Positions 12,096 to 24,294 are shown, counted from the whole stretch's first letter. The stretch: 63,367 nt of DNA, filler included, from Craspedostauros australis (GCA_030167865.1; 10 parts of 10 records of this genome joined end to end with filler, not necessarily neighbours in it), one strand, 5' to 3'. Notes: generated by a model not told the origin, from the letters alone. A program made the numbers and translations.

Positions 12096-13562
12096 ATGAC
12101 TACGACCACGATGGACTTCGACATTACGACGGAATTGCGAGACAACATCACATCGGTGCTTCTTCTCCCGCTGGCGCTTGCCATCGGATGGTTGGTCGTC
12201 GCCTTGAGTAGACCACCCGCCAAGGATGCTCCCGTGAAGAGCCCTGTTGGGATCATGGAGTCTATCAAGATGCTAACGTCATCCGAAGCACCTTATTGGC
12301 ATGTCCAGCTTCGAGAATCTTTGGGATCGTCTATCTTCCAGCACAACATCCCCCTCCCTGGTGGCATGTATGTCCTCTGCTCCGCGAAGGATCAACGTGA
12401 AGTTCTGCTCGACAAGACGACTGACAAGCCGATGGCCATATACACAGGCTTCGATGGTATGGTTGGACACAAACAAATGGGGACACGTCCAACGCTCGAC
12501 CTGCGTTTCAAGAAAATGAAGAAGGCAGTTGCGCATTCGTTTTCCTCTCGCGAAGTCAGTCGGATGAATTCCATTTGCACGAAGTACGCCAAGCAATGGG
12601 AAACTGATTTCCTCGAGAAGCTGGCAGACACCGACGCCACGTTCGATCCATCCACGGAGTTGCCAAAGATCGTGTTCAAATCCCTCATGGAGGCAGCCTT
12701 CGAATACGAATCGACTCCCGAAGACTTCGATCTGTTCACATCCAATTTCGAGGTGGCTGCACGTGAGTTCGCCATCAGTCAAGCCGTCAATCCTTTGCGG
12801 AAAGTATTCGGCTTCATGATCCCAGAGGTCTGGGTGGCGCGCAAATCCTGCTCCGCTTTGCACGACTTTGCGAAGAAGGTCTTGACGGCCTATCGCGAGA
12901 ATCCCAACAAATCGGAACATACCACGTTGATCAAGGTGATTGAATCAAACCCGTACAGTATGTCCGAGAAAGAGAAGATTGCGGAGCTGCTTATCTTGCT
13001 CATTGCCGGTTTTGAAACGACAGGACACACTCTTGCCAACACCCTCGTGTTGCTGGCCAAACATCCCAAGGAGATGAGAGACCTGCAACAATCGTTGTTG
13101 CAGGATGGTCCGGCACAATCCAAGGATCATCTCAAGCGCGTGATCACCGAATCTCAACGAGTGACCCCCGTTTTTGCCATAGGGTCTGCTCGTCTCGCCA
13201 ACCGCGACTTCATCTTGGTTGATGAGCCTTCCAATCACAAGGTCAAGATCCCGAAAGGTGCCACCATCATCCTTCCACAGATCACGGCCCACAGAGACGA
13301 GATGGTGTTCGAAGATGCTACTCAGTTCAAACCTGGTCGATGGGAGAATCCGACAGAGGAAATGACGCAGAGCATGCTGATATTCGCTGTGGGCAACCGC
13401 AATTGCCCTGGCCAATCGTTGGCGATTGCTGAACTCGACTCGGTCTTGCCCAGCGTCTTGTCGAAGTACGAGTTCGAATTGGTGGCGGAAGGCAAGTTGG
13501 ATTACTTCATGACGATGAAATACGCCAATGCCAAGCTTCGTGTGAAGAGGGTGAAGGTTTGA
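12096..13562 (+). CDS. Cytochrome P450, intronless, ER-anchored
   Basis: N-terminal TM anchor, I-helix AGFETT, K-helix ESQR, PGRW, heme motif FAVGNRNCPG. Real start is probably ATG 12096 or 12111; the ORF-track extension from 11787 has a non-ATG start and is low-complexity. Confidence 0.95.
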   Translation: MTTTTMDFDITTELRDNITSVLLLPLALAIGWLVVALSRPPAKDAPVKSPVGIMESIKMLTSSEAPYWHVQLRESLGSSIFQHNIPLPGGMYVLCSAKDQREVLLDKTTDKPMAIYTGFDGMVGHKQMGTRPTLDLRFKKMKKAVAHSFSSREVSRMNSICTKYAKQWETDFLEKLADTDATFDPSTELPKIVFKSLMEAAFEYESTPEDFDLFTSNFEVAAREFAISQAVNPLRKVFGFMIPEVWVARKSCSALHDFAKKVLTAYRENPNKSEHTTLIKVIESNPYSMSEKEKIAELLILLIAGFETTGHTLANTLVLLAKHPKEMRDLQQSLLQDGPAQSKDHLKRVITESQRVTPVFAIGSARLANRDFILVDEPSNHKVKIPKGATIILPQITAHRDEMVFEDATQFKPGRWENPTEEMTQSMLIFAVGNRNCPGQSLAIAELDSVLPSVLSKYEFELVAEGKLDYFMTMKYANAKLRVKRVKV

Positions 13563-13856
13563 GCATCCACTTTGGCAGTGGAAGTCTACATGCTGGGGCC
13601 TTCGATGTTTGCGTCCGAGCAAAGCCAGAATTCCCAAACAGAGCGATTGGCAACATTGAGGATACGCCAACAGCGCCTCGGATTTAAATTGGAGGAAAGA
13701 CCATGAATTGGAGACGGTAAATGATATACTCTAACAATACCGATTATGCATCGTACATTCTCGAGAGCATTGTTCCTCTCTCTACAACGTAATCGGGGCG
13801 CCCCATCTGTAAGCACGCAACAGAGCTGATGGCGACAACCCCTTTGCGCACACAAT

Positions 13857-14337
13857 TCATGGAAGCCAGCTGGATTCCTTGAGCTTCTGCGCAGCGTATG
13901 CCCCAACGATGTAGGCAGGTACCCAGAAATATGCCATCGACGTGTCTCCGGTCGCTGCAAGGAATAGCGCGGGTCCAGGACAGTACAGGCTGATGCCCCA
14001 CCCCATTCCGAACATCGCAGCGCCAGCGATGAGCTTGCCGTCGATGGTCTTGTTAGAGGGAACATTGAATTTCGCAGCGGGTGCATCTTTGGAAGCATCG
14101 GCGGCGTTCGCCTTGGGTCGTGTTGGTGCAAGAGTGCCGCAGGGGCGCCCCTGCGCGACGCTCAGGTTGCACATCCCGTGCCCTTTCACGAATTCGTATG
14201 ACACCGTGCTCACGAGTAGCGCGCCGGTCAGGACAGTGGCAAGGGTGGGGTCCCAATCTCCCTTCTCGATCCCAACGACAACATCCAGGAATCCGTAGAG
14301 CTTGGTCTTGAGCACCATCTGGCTGATGGCCAAACCG
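13857..14337 (-). CDS. YeeE/YedE family sulfur-transport membrane protein, C-terminal part (5' truncated at scaffold end)
   Basis: GLAISQMV...GFLD...WDPTL and IDGKLIAGAAMFGMGWGISLYCPGPAL motifs. Confidence 0.88.
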
Positions 14338-14437
14338 NNNNNNNNNNNNNNNNNNNNNNNNNNNNNNNNNNNNNNNNNNNNTTAATTAATTAANNNNNNN
14401 NNNNNNNNNNNNNNNNNNNNNNNNNNNNNNNNNNNNN
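14338..14437. other. Artificial scaffold-joining spacer (44 N + TTAATTAATTAA + 44 N). Repeated at 39280, 41316, 44054, 47605, 48788, 53969, 59150 and 62234
   Basis: Identical 100-bp structure with stops in all six frames; ORFs are cut at these points. Confidence 0.97.
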
Positions 14438-14616
14438 AATAAAGTTCATACAAATTTAACTTCGATATTCAGAATAAGCGATAGCCAAGCGTCCGAATGC
14501 ACTGTCTATTTTAAATTTTAAGCGATATGGTGTCGAGATATAACATCATAAGCAGTTGTTTGGATGGTTTTGGGCGTGCTCTATTTTAGTCTACTTTATC
14601 ACGACTCATCACGAGT

Positions 14617-14643
14617 AAAACTCCACAACTAGTGTTATCGTGA
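14617..14643 (+). mobile_element. Possible CACTA/EnSpm right terminus; second copy at 41829-41855
   Basis: AAAACTCCACAACTAGTG(T/C)TATCGTGA shared 26/27 between two scaffolds. The reverse complement of the core begins CACTAGTTG. Confidence 0.5.
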
Positions 14644-14716
14644 ACAGTTTACGGTTTGGCGCAGGTCGTATGATGATGACCAAAGCAGGCGAGCAGAGAA
14701 GAAGAATGAAAGATTC

Positions 14717-15040
14717 CTAACTGCTCGCTGCCTTGCGCTTGGCCCGCCGTTCCAGCTTGAGCTGACGATGCATGTGCGCGAGAGTCTCGTCGTTGAGGGG
14801 TGCATTCATCAGATCCATCTTGCGAAGCTCGGCCAACGTCTTCTTTGGCTTGACGAGGTCGGCCACCCAGTCGGGGTAGCTCTCCTGAACGACGGGCGCA
14901 TCGACCCCCTTGAAGACGGCCAGTCCAGGCAGCGGAGTTCCTGGCTTCATGTTGGTGGACATGCAGGCGGCATGTGGTCGCAACACAGCATTGCTCTTGT
15001 GCAGCGCTTGTTTGAACAACGTTCGGCTTGCGGCGTTCAT
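14717..15040 (-). CDS. MRPL54: Mitochondrial large-subunit ribosomal protein mL54 (yeast Mrpl37-like)
   Basis: Basic transit peptide, then PGTPLPGLAVFKG.DAP...SYPDWV..L and a basic C-terminal helix. Confidence 0.82.
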   Translation of the reverse strand: MNAASRTLFKQALHKSNAVLRPHAACMSTNMKPGTPLPGLAVFKGVDAPVVQESYPDWVADLVKPKKTLAELRKMDLMNAPLNDETLAHMHRQLKLERRAKRKAASS

Positions 15041-15445
15041 TGTGGGTGGTTGCGCAAATGATAATTGGTGGTGTTGGCGATGCTGGCTTGTATTTCTGCA
15101 CGCAAGGATGTGACAGCCGGGAAGGATGTATGGGTGGGTGTGGGTGGCTGGTGATTGGTGATGTGGATCTGGTGGTTCCTCATGGTCGATGTGTGTTTTC
15201 CTTGTTGTTTGTGTTGTTGTTGATTGCTGGCGACACGGTTGATGACAGACGAAGTACGTGATCATTGTTTTCGTTTCGCACGAGAAAAAGCGCGCGTGTT
15301 GCTGTTTCCACGATGAGGCTTGACGATGGCGAAGCTCGCATTGTGCGCAACTCCCATCCATCGCTCTGCTCATTCCGACAAGGCGACACAACGCAACGCA
15401 ACACATGCAGAGTACTCTACTCGAACAGTACAAAGAATCGCAACC

Positions 15446-16270
15446 ATGAACGGCGGAAACAATGGCAACGACAAGTACGTGAAGCAGCTGATGGGCATGG
15501 GGTTCGAGGCGGATCACGCAGAGGAGGCTCTGCGCATCACAGCCGGCAACATCGAAAATGCCGTGAGCTACCTCCTCAACGGGGGCATAGAAGACGACAT
15601 GCAGCCTTCCGCTGCTAATGTTACTGATGCTGTCCCTACTCCATCTTCAGTATCATCCTCAAAACCAATCGTCGGCCCCATCAGCCAGTACAGCGTGGAG
15701 GACGGCAGATCGGCCTGCACATGCATCGCGCTGACCGCCGCGACCAAATTCCTCACATCCAAATGCGTCGACGCCGACTTTCTGCGATCGATGATCACCG
15801 AAGGCGTGCAGACCTACAATTCGCTGTCGACAAGCGTCGAACACATGTCGGCCGAAGAAATCTTGTCGCAAGACCACCCATTCCCGCTGCGCTGCGACGA
15901 CATACGACAAGGCATGCTGTCGCACGATCCCGAACACTTCATCGGTCTTCACGTGCAGCTGCATGCCGTGCGGCAGGAGCACGATGCATGGATGGCCGTG
16001 CTATTGACGAAGACGCCCGAAACCGTGCTGTTGTGCTTGCCGCCCCGCGGTGGTTCATTTTGGTTGGTCGATTCGCATCCGCGCGCGCAGTTGGGCTGCG
16101 ATGGTGCCTACGCCAAGGAGCATGCGAGTATGGCCGAACTGATTGCGACGCTGCAGATGATATTCCCGCCAACCGATTTGGGTCCGGATATTCCCGAGAT
16201 GATGGCGACGATGTACAACAGCTTTGATTTGTATCCTCTGTCATTGACGTCGTCGTCGTCGTCGAGATAG
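15446..16270 (+). CDS. UBA-domain protein with C-terminal papain-like (herpes tegument/VTD-type deubiquitinase-like) domain
   Basis: UBA: LMGMGF...AEEALRITAGNIENAVSYLL. Downstream SQ...GRSACTCIAL...EGV..Y...FWLVDSHPR. Confidence 0.75.
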   Translation: MNGGNNGNDKYVKQLMGMGFEADHAEEALRITAGNIENAVSYLLNGGIEDDMQPSAANVTDAVPTPSSVSSSKPIVGPISQYSVEDGRSACTCIALTAATKFLTSKCVDADFLRSMITEGVQTYNSLSTSVEHMSAEEILSQDHPFPLRCDDIRQGMLSHDPEHFIGLHVQLHAVRQEHDAWMAVLLTKTPETVLLCLPPRGGSFWLVDSHPRAQLGCDGAYAKEHASMAELIATLQMIFPPTDLGPDIPEMMATMYNSFDLYPLSLTSSSSSR

Positions 16271-16738
16271 AACGACATTCTGGGATGTGATGCAGCAACA
16301 CACAAATAGTATGCTACCATATCAGCACACACCCATACCTCTATATATACATTTTGATTTGAAGCTGTGCAATCATAACGATCTCTTGGGCTGAAAGACA
16401 GTGGGACCATTCCAACCGACGCTCTATCTTGGAGCGGAGACTGATGGACATGACTCGTCGTTGAGTCGAGCGAATCGAGGATCCTTGTTCTGTTTCTCGT
16501 TTCTGGAGATGCGAACAGTCTCCTTCCACTGACACCATGATTCTTTCTTCATCAATTGCGATCTGTTTCCCTCTCGTTGTCGACGTGACAACTGAGGCAC
16601 AACCTCAGAGTAATCAGGCAACAATTCAATGGCAGCATCCTCCCATCCAAGCACACAGCATCACTGCATCACTCCATAACATTATTATAATACAAATAGA
16701 CTAGATTCGTACTCCCACCATAGTCCTACACACCCACC

Positions 16739-19147
16739 ATGCACCCCACCAAATGCCCTTGCTGCAACAACCCGTGGGCGTCGGGCGAATTCTTCGCCAA
16801 GCTGTGCCAAACATGCGACGATGAGACGAAGCAAGAGGAACGCGGCATCTCGCGTGGCAACATGGACTTCGACGTGCCACCGAGCCGCGACTTTTACCAT
16901 TACGCCAACGGCAACTGGATGAAGCAGAACCCCATCCCGTCCGACTATCCCAATTGGAATTCGTTCGTTGCGTTGCACGTCGCGAGTCAGGAGAATCTCA
17001 AGGTTATTCTGCAAGGGCTGTCGGCCAGTGACAACGACGACGATGAGGCGCGCAAGCTGGCCGCGTTCTATCAGGCCGCCATGGATGAGGACGCCATTGA
17101 GAAGGCTGGTGTCGCGCCGCTGCAGAAGGTCTTGGCGTTGGCCGATGAGATTGTCGACAGCAAGGACGACAAGACCAAGTTCGCGACGTTGTTGGGCACG
17201 ATGAACAGGACGTACGGCATTGCCCCGTTCTGGAACATCAGCGTGGGACCGGACAATTCCAACACGGACATCTCCATCGCGCAGATCTCGCAAGGTGGCC
17301 TCGGTCTGCCGGATCGCGACTATTACTTCGACGACGATAAGGAAGAGACGCGCGCGGCCTACAAAGCGTACGTGGCGAAGCTTCTGGCCTTGTTGCAGAA
17401 TGGGGGAGCAGCGTTGTCCGCAGATGTTGATGACACCATGGTGGCGGCGGCCGACAGCGTCTACGCCTTGGAAATGTCCTTGGCCGAGGCCCACATGACC
17501 AAGACGGAGAATCGCGATCCGCATGCGACGTACAACAAGATGTCGATTCCAGAATTCACGGCCACGACAGGCGACGTCGACTTCGCGGCCTACCTCGCAG
17601 CCGCCACGGGCAAGACCGTCGAATCGTTGGGTGACATCAATATTCGCAACAAGGCCGCATTGCAGAAGGCGACCGAAGTCGCGTCGTCCACATCCGCCGA
17701 CGTCCTCGCGTGGTACTTGAAGCGATGCATCCTCAATTCGTGCGCCTCGTACTTGACCGAGGCCTTCGTCATGGCGCGCTTCGATTTTTATGAGAAGACC
17801 TTGATGGGCACGCAGCAGATTAAGCCGCGGTGGAAGCGTGCCATGGCCTTCACGGAGAGCGTGTTGGGTGAAGCGCTGGGCAAGCTCTTTTGCGCCAAGT
17901 ATTTTGACGAGGACAGCAAGGATCGCGCCTTGAAGATCGTCGAGCAGGTGCGTCAGGCGTTGGAAGATCGGCTCAAGGAGGTGGATTGGATCAAGGCAGA
18001 TTCCACGAGGGCCGAAGCGCTCAAGAAGATGGCCAAGTTCGGAGTTAAGATCGGGTGAGTGGTTGTGTCCTAATTTGACTGTTGTGGATTGATGGATGTG
18101 GAATGATGGATGTGGATTGATCGTGCCTTGCAGTCACCCAAGAATCTACACCCACTCACTCACTGATGTTGATAATATCCTTGGATCCATGCTGCTTTCC
18201 ATACATACGTATTCCCAAACGAACAAACACTCCAGGTACCCGGATGAGTGGATTGACTATTCCACGCTCGACATCAACAGCTCAGATTCATTCCTGGAAA
18301 TGATCTTCAAGGCCAGGGAGTTCGACAATCTCCTCGATATCAAGGAGATGAACGCGCCCACCAACAGGAAGAAATGGGTACGTCAGAAACGGCGTTTAGG
18401 CATGCTTGCTCTGCAACCGAAGACGATGCCAAACCTCACATCAATTTCCACTTGCTCAACTGCTTGATTCAACAATCGCATATTCGCACACTTGCATTCA
18501 CTCGATGGCAGTTCCTGACGCCGCAGACCGTCAATGCATACTACCATCCAAATCTCAACGAGATCGTCTTCCCAGCCGCCATCCTGCAGCACCCGTTCTT
18601 CGACAAGGACGCCGATGACGCGGTCAACTTTGGCTCCATGGGTGCGGTCATCGGTCACGAGATGACGCACGGATTCGACGACAAGGGACGCAAGTTCAAC
18701 TACGCTGGCACGCTGACCGACTGGTGGACCGAGGACGACAGCAAGGAATACGAGAGCCGCGTCGGCGTCATGGTCGAGCAGGCCGACAGCTACGAAGTCC
18801 ACGGTCAGAATGTGCGAGGCCAGCTCACGAGCGGAGAGAACATCGCCGATCTCGGAGGACTGCGATTGGCGATGCGCGCGCTGCAAGTGACGGAAGGATA
18901 CGATGAGACTAAGCTCATTGATGGATTCACGCCCATGCAACGCTTCTTCTTGTCGTGGGCGCAGTGCTGGCGCCAAAATGTCACGAAGGAACGCTCGTTG
19001 CAGTTGCTGACGATCGATCCGCATGGACCCAACGCGATGCGATGCAACGGGCCGCTGTCCAACATGCCGGAGTTCCATGGGGCGTTCGAAGTTGGTGAGA
19101 AGGATCCGATGTTCCGTGCCGAAGAAAAGCGCGTCAATATTTGGTAG
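16739..19147 (+). CDS. M13 family zinc metallopeptidase (neprilysin/PepO-like), 3 exons
   Basis: Exons 16739-18054, 18236-18377 and 18512-19147 (GT-AG, in frame). Motifs DFYHYANGNW, LGLPDRDYY, VNAYY, HEMTH, GENIAD. Confidence 0.95.
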
Positions 19148-19427
19148 AATGGAGTGGAGCATTTTATCGACGATCGTTATTGTACGAGGATGAGTCCGAT
19201 TGTGATTATCAATGAAGGAAGCAACGACAAGTGGGAGCATGGGTTGTCGTGAACCTCTAGAGAAATACTATATGTGAAATGCGTAGATGAGGCAATTATC
19301 ACTGTTATGACCGTGTTGTATCCTATCGCTGCCGTTGTTGCAGTCCTGCTTGTACCGATCGCTATTTCGTCTTGAGTTGTTGCGACCGTATCAATCCAAA
19401 ATACGAATAGGAGCATTTCGTTTCACT

Positions 19428-20363
19428 TCATTCCTCACCTTCCAACCTCCAATCGCAGATAATCATGCGATGGTCGGAGTGGTTGTACGGCATGACGTAG
19501 AGTCCCGCCAACGACAATCCGCTCCCCTTGAAGTACGCGTAGTCGATGATCGTGCCGCTCCAATGCGTCGACGGTGGTGGATGATTCCGATCCCAGTTCA
19601 CTTGGACTGGAACTTGATCCTTGACACCATCACCTCGCAACACGGCCTCATCGTAACAACATTGAAACCCATGCTGCGACAACAACGTCGCCACGCCATC
19701 ATCGGCCGGACTCGATCGCCGCCGCTTGCTCTTCATGATCTGCTCCCATTCTTTCTTGCGATAATCCTGTTCGCGCTGCTGATTGAAATCTCCGGCAATG
19801 ATGCAATTGCCCGGCACTTTTTGCAACAGAACCTCCATCTCTTCCTTGCGTTGGGCACCCTGCATCGCATCGACATGATCCAGATGCGTGGCAACGATGC
19901 GGAACTTGCCAACCTCCACGACGGCCGCGCTGCGCTCCTCATCTAACGCGAATTGGTGCATCGTGGCCGCATGCCGCACAAAGACGGCCGTCGGGAAGCT
20001 GCAGTCGCAGATGATGCAATGCTTGTATCCAGCACGCGCCAATCGGTCTTGCACCGTCGTGTCGTCGCATTGCCACATGTACAATTCATTCAAGATGATG
20101 ACGTCGGCCTGCGTTTTCAACAAGAGATCGCAGATCTGATGCGATTGTTGCTTCGCGGCGAACGGCGGCTCCATGTAATGCACGTTCCATTGCACCGTTC
20201 GGAGGTGCGCTGATGGTGGTCTCGTCGGATACCAATTTTTCATCAACGCGGCCGCAGATGAACCATCTTTCAAGTAGTGATGCGTGAGCTCATTGATGTG
20301 TGCATTGGCATAGTCGAATGCCTTTCCCAGCTGTGTGGGACGGTGCGGCCAGATGATGGCCAT
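19428..20363 (-). CDS. Endonuclease/exonuclease/phosphatase (EEP) family protein
   Basis: WNV, DVIILNE, THLD, GDFN, IDY and SDH motifs. Confidence 0.9.
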   Translation of the reverse strand: MAIIWPHRPTQLGKAFDYANAHINELTHHYLKDGSSAAALMKNWYPTRPPSAHLRTVQWNVHYMEPPFAAKQQSHQICDLLLKTQADVIILNELYMWQCDDTTVQDRLARAGYKHCIICDCSFPTAVFVRHAATMHQFALDEERSAAVVEVGKFRIVATHLDHVDAMQGAQRKEEMEVLLQKVPGNCIIAGDFNQQREQDYRKKEWEQIMKSKRRRSSPADDGVATLLSQHGFQCCYDEAVLRGDGVKDQVPVQVNWDRNHPPPSTHWSGTIIDYAYFKGSGLSLAGLYVMPYNHSDHRMIICDWRLEGEE

Positions 20364-20552
20364 GGTTGTTTCGTTTCGTTTCGGTTTTGTGGGAGGTATC
20401 CCCGCATTTTTTTGGCAAATGTTGAATCGCGGACAACCAAAATACCACGTTTGGAAACCGGAGTCGTGATACACGTCTGAAATACCATCACTCTGGACCA
20501 TGATTAGTGCAGTCTACTAGTTAGTATTGATTGTGCTGTGCTTTCGCATGTT

Positions 20553-23397
20553 TCACCTCGGTGATTCGTCATCTTCGTCGCTGCTGAGGGTGGGGTCTAC
20601 CGTGAGAAGTGGGGTGGGCGATGTGGGCATTGCGGACGCTCGACTTCTGCTGCTCTTGGACGATGCCGATGATGATTCGTCATCGGACGACGATGAAGAA
20701 GACGACGATGATGACGAGGAATCGTCTTCTTCGTTGGATTCGGAGATCATCTTGGCGATGAGCGGCCAGTGCGATCGCATGAGGATGTATGTGTTGATGG
20801 TGCCGCCCAGCGTGTAACCGATGGTCATGGCTCCCAGAATGCCCTGGAGGTTGAAGTCGTAGACGTATGTGAAGAGGGCGCTGAGCGGGATGGTGGCACC
20901 CCAACTGGTGATGAACTGGACTGTTGTGGCGAGGCGGTAACGTCCCTGCGCACCGATGATGGCCCATGCCATGACACCGGTCGTCATGGCGATCTGTCCC
21001 ACTCCCACGAGGGGGACCATGTCGAGCATGAGCCGTTGCAGGGTCTCGGACGGTGTCAGCAGTCGGACTGCATCCTCGGCTACGATGAAGACGACGGACG
21101 TGGCAAACAGCGACGTGATGACACCTAGGAAGAAGCTCTTGTAGGCAGACAATCGGGCTCGTTCTGGGAAGTTGGCGCCGAGATGCATGCCGCAGCGGAC
21201 TTCGGAGGCATCTGCGACGCCGTCACTGATGTTTTCCAGGATGCCCCAGATGTAACCGAACAAACCCCACGCGGCGACTTCGGCTGGACCCAGCACGCTG
21301 GCAAAGACTGTGAGCGCTTCCCATTCTCCGTACGTGAGGACGTAGGCAATGCTCAATGGAATTGCGGTCTTGACGATGAGCATGGTTTGTTCCAGATCCT
21401 GCGTGTGTCATGATGGTGGTGTGTGGAGTCAAGTAAAGTAAGGTAAAGCGAGGATAGAAAGAATGAAGGTCATGGTTAGCACAAAGAGAATGATGTGATA
21501 TGACACAACACCAACCGTAACGCCAACACAATCAATCAATCAGTCAATCAATCCACCATTCGCGACAAAGCCACGTACCCCGAATGGCATCGAAAAGATG
21601 CCTTCCGCAAAGTCGTTGAACCATCCCATGTAGGAGACGAAACCAATGTTGAAGAGGAAGAAGACGGCGGCCAGGGCGAATTCGCAGTAGGCCAAGGTGA
21701 TAATGTCGTCGACTCCTGCCGAGATGACGGCGAAGTACATGCCGAGCTCGACGAGGCCACCGATGAGGGTCATCCAGGTTGAGTACTTTTCGTGCTCCGT
21801 GATGTCCAGGACCTGGTAGATGATGCCGTCGACGGCCTCGACCAAGGACTCCATGCCGATGATGTAGACGTAACGCTGTCCCATCTTTGCGGTTTCGTCG
21901 TCGAATCCGAAGAACTTGACGGCTATCTCCGTGAGGTTGTACCAGAGGATGATGCCTGGCAGACTGAGGATGATGTACCAGACGGTGGACTCGGTGATGA
22001 GCTTGCCGCCCTTCTTGTAGTTCTCGGCACCGATGGCATGCGGCAGGAGGACGCCGAGGCCCTCGTAGAATCCGTACGTGATGGTCTCCGTGAGCTCGAA
22101 TAGAAGATCGACGACGATGACGGCGTTGGCCGCGTTGACGCCGAAGTAATGGCTGATGAGACTGATCCCGATGGCTTCGAAGATGCCGTCCATGATGGCT
22201 TGCATGGAGTAGGGAACCGCGAGCTTGACGATCTTCCTGGTCTCAATGTCCCACTCGGCGATGCCCACGACTCTGTCGAAGGCGGAGGACATCATGCGTG
22301 GCCTCCACCATGCGTGCTCTCCGCAGAACATGTCTATCTCCGTGACGTCCTTGCTCTTGGGCAGTTCGTACTTGCCCGGGGCGTAGTAGTCCACGGCGTC
22401 GGAGAATGATATGTCGTCCGGGTGCATAGCGCTGAGGACGGACTCCTTGACGGATTGCGCGTCGTGGCGACGGTTGTCCCTGCCGGTTCTGCTTCGGCCT
22501 CCGCCAGTGGAAGCCCCTCCGTTGCCCTTGTAGGCGTAGCGTCCACGGCGTCTTCTGGGACGACCATTTGCGAGGACGGAGCCAGTGAGCGAGGAGCTGG
22601 CGATGGAATGCACACCCGAGGTTGCGGCAGAGATGGCGACGGAACGAGCGGTGGATCGTGCCACGGAACGGGCCTCGGTGGTTGGGTAAGATGGGATGAT
22701 CATCTGCAGCGTTTCATGGTGGTGTTGTTGTTGTTGTTGTGAGTGTTGTTGTGAGTATTGTTGTTGGTAGTATTGCGGGTGTTGGAAAGGCAGTGAAGTG
22801 AAGAGTAAGGTTAGAAGAGAGTGGAGGCATGGATGTTGGTTTAAATGGGTTCCCACTGAGTATACTATACTATAGAAAAGCAATGAGCACGCGTCGAAGT
22901 GGTATAGAGTATGCTTGAGCATAACATGGTACCACACAGAGCATCACGCCATAGAGCATCGCAAAACACAACATCATGCAGAACACCATACATACCTTAT
23001 CCGCAACCTTGGTGAAGATCTCTTTGGCGCCCGACAGCACGGTGTTGGGATTGGAGTGCGTGGACTGCGCATCGTCGTTGCGGCGCACACCATGAAAGTC
23101 GCCTTGCGCATCATTGTCCAGCGATTGGCGCAGATCGAAGATGACATTGCTGTTGGTGGTATTGGTGGGAGTGTTGTTATTCTCTTCATCACGCAGCCTC
23201 GCGGCTTCCGCTGCGGCGGTCTCATCGCGGCGGCGCTTCTCGTAGCGACTTCCCAACGAGACCATGCAGGGCAGGCAGGCATTGAGGGAGAAGGAGATGA
23301 AGACGACCGTGACGAGGAACAGCCAGCCTGGGTCGACCGTCGTTTCGTTGTAACCGACATAATTGCCATCGTCGTCGCCGTCGCCGCCGAATACCAT
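20553..23397 (-). CDS. MATE family transporter with long N-terminal extension, 3 exons
   Basis: Exons 23397-22996, 22703-21579 and 21398-20553 (phase-0 GT-AG introns). MATE hallmarks KLAVP, AIGAENY, LGPAEVAAW, RCGMHLGANFP..A, GAQGR. Confidence 0.9.
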
Positions 23398-24294
23398 GGT
23401 TGCTTCTGCTGTTCGACCAAAGACCAGCAAATATAATGTGATGCGAGTCGAACCGTTCGCGTCTCTTTCGATTTCGATTCTCACGGAGGCAGACAACACG
23501 TGCTGCTGTGGAGTTCTCTCTGCGGTGCGGGGCCGTTGTTGACGATGGTGATGGCAATGGCGGTCTGAGTGATGCGAAGGGTAGTTTTGGGGTGGTGTGA
23601 AAAGTGCAGACCGCAATGGTGGTTGTCTCTGTCTCTGTCTGTATCTGTGTATGTGTGTCTGTGCTGATGAATCTCCTCACTCCGCTCAACTCCCTCTTCT
23701 TGCCAAGTGAACTCCCACAATCACTTTGTGGAGAGCGATTGTCACGATTGCTTCTTGCCGGCCTGACGACCTTGTCAACCTCGTGCCGCTGTTCTTTCCT
23801 CACACCAACACGTGCACAACAAGAACTCCGCGTGCACAACTCACGCCCACTTAGACCAATGCGTCCGATCAGACGTTACTTGCCGTTGCGTTCTGACTTG
23901 ATGTGTCCCAAAATTTGATTCCAAACTGCTTCTATGTAACACACCCAATCTGTCGGACAACAGGACAAAACGAGACTTGTTCTGTCCGTCACATCATGCC
24001 CAACACTTCGTGTGTGCGTGTCAACGTGTGGTCAACAACCACGTCTCCGAACCCGTACGAAGTCGTATCCACCAAAGAAGGATGGCACTAACGATTCTCA
24101 AGATCTTGCGAAAGTTTCTCTGCCCCATCACCACATCAAATCAGATTGAGGATCGTCATGGATGGAGATCGATTGCGATACTGTTTCTCACAATCCATTC
24201 CATCCAACAATACCCCAGGCCATCACGTCTTCAGCAGTGTTTGCAGAGAAGTGATACAATACGCAGTTTCGGCACTCTCGACTACAGTATCTTC

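Noticed and set aside
14382..14393. Recurrent TTAATTAATTAA motif as a biological site (e.g. piggyBac target)
   Set aside because: Always centred in 44+44 Ns; it is a six-frame stop linker.
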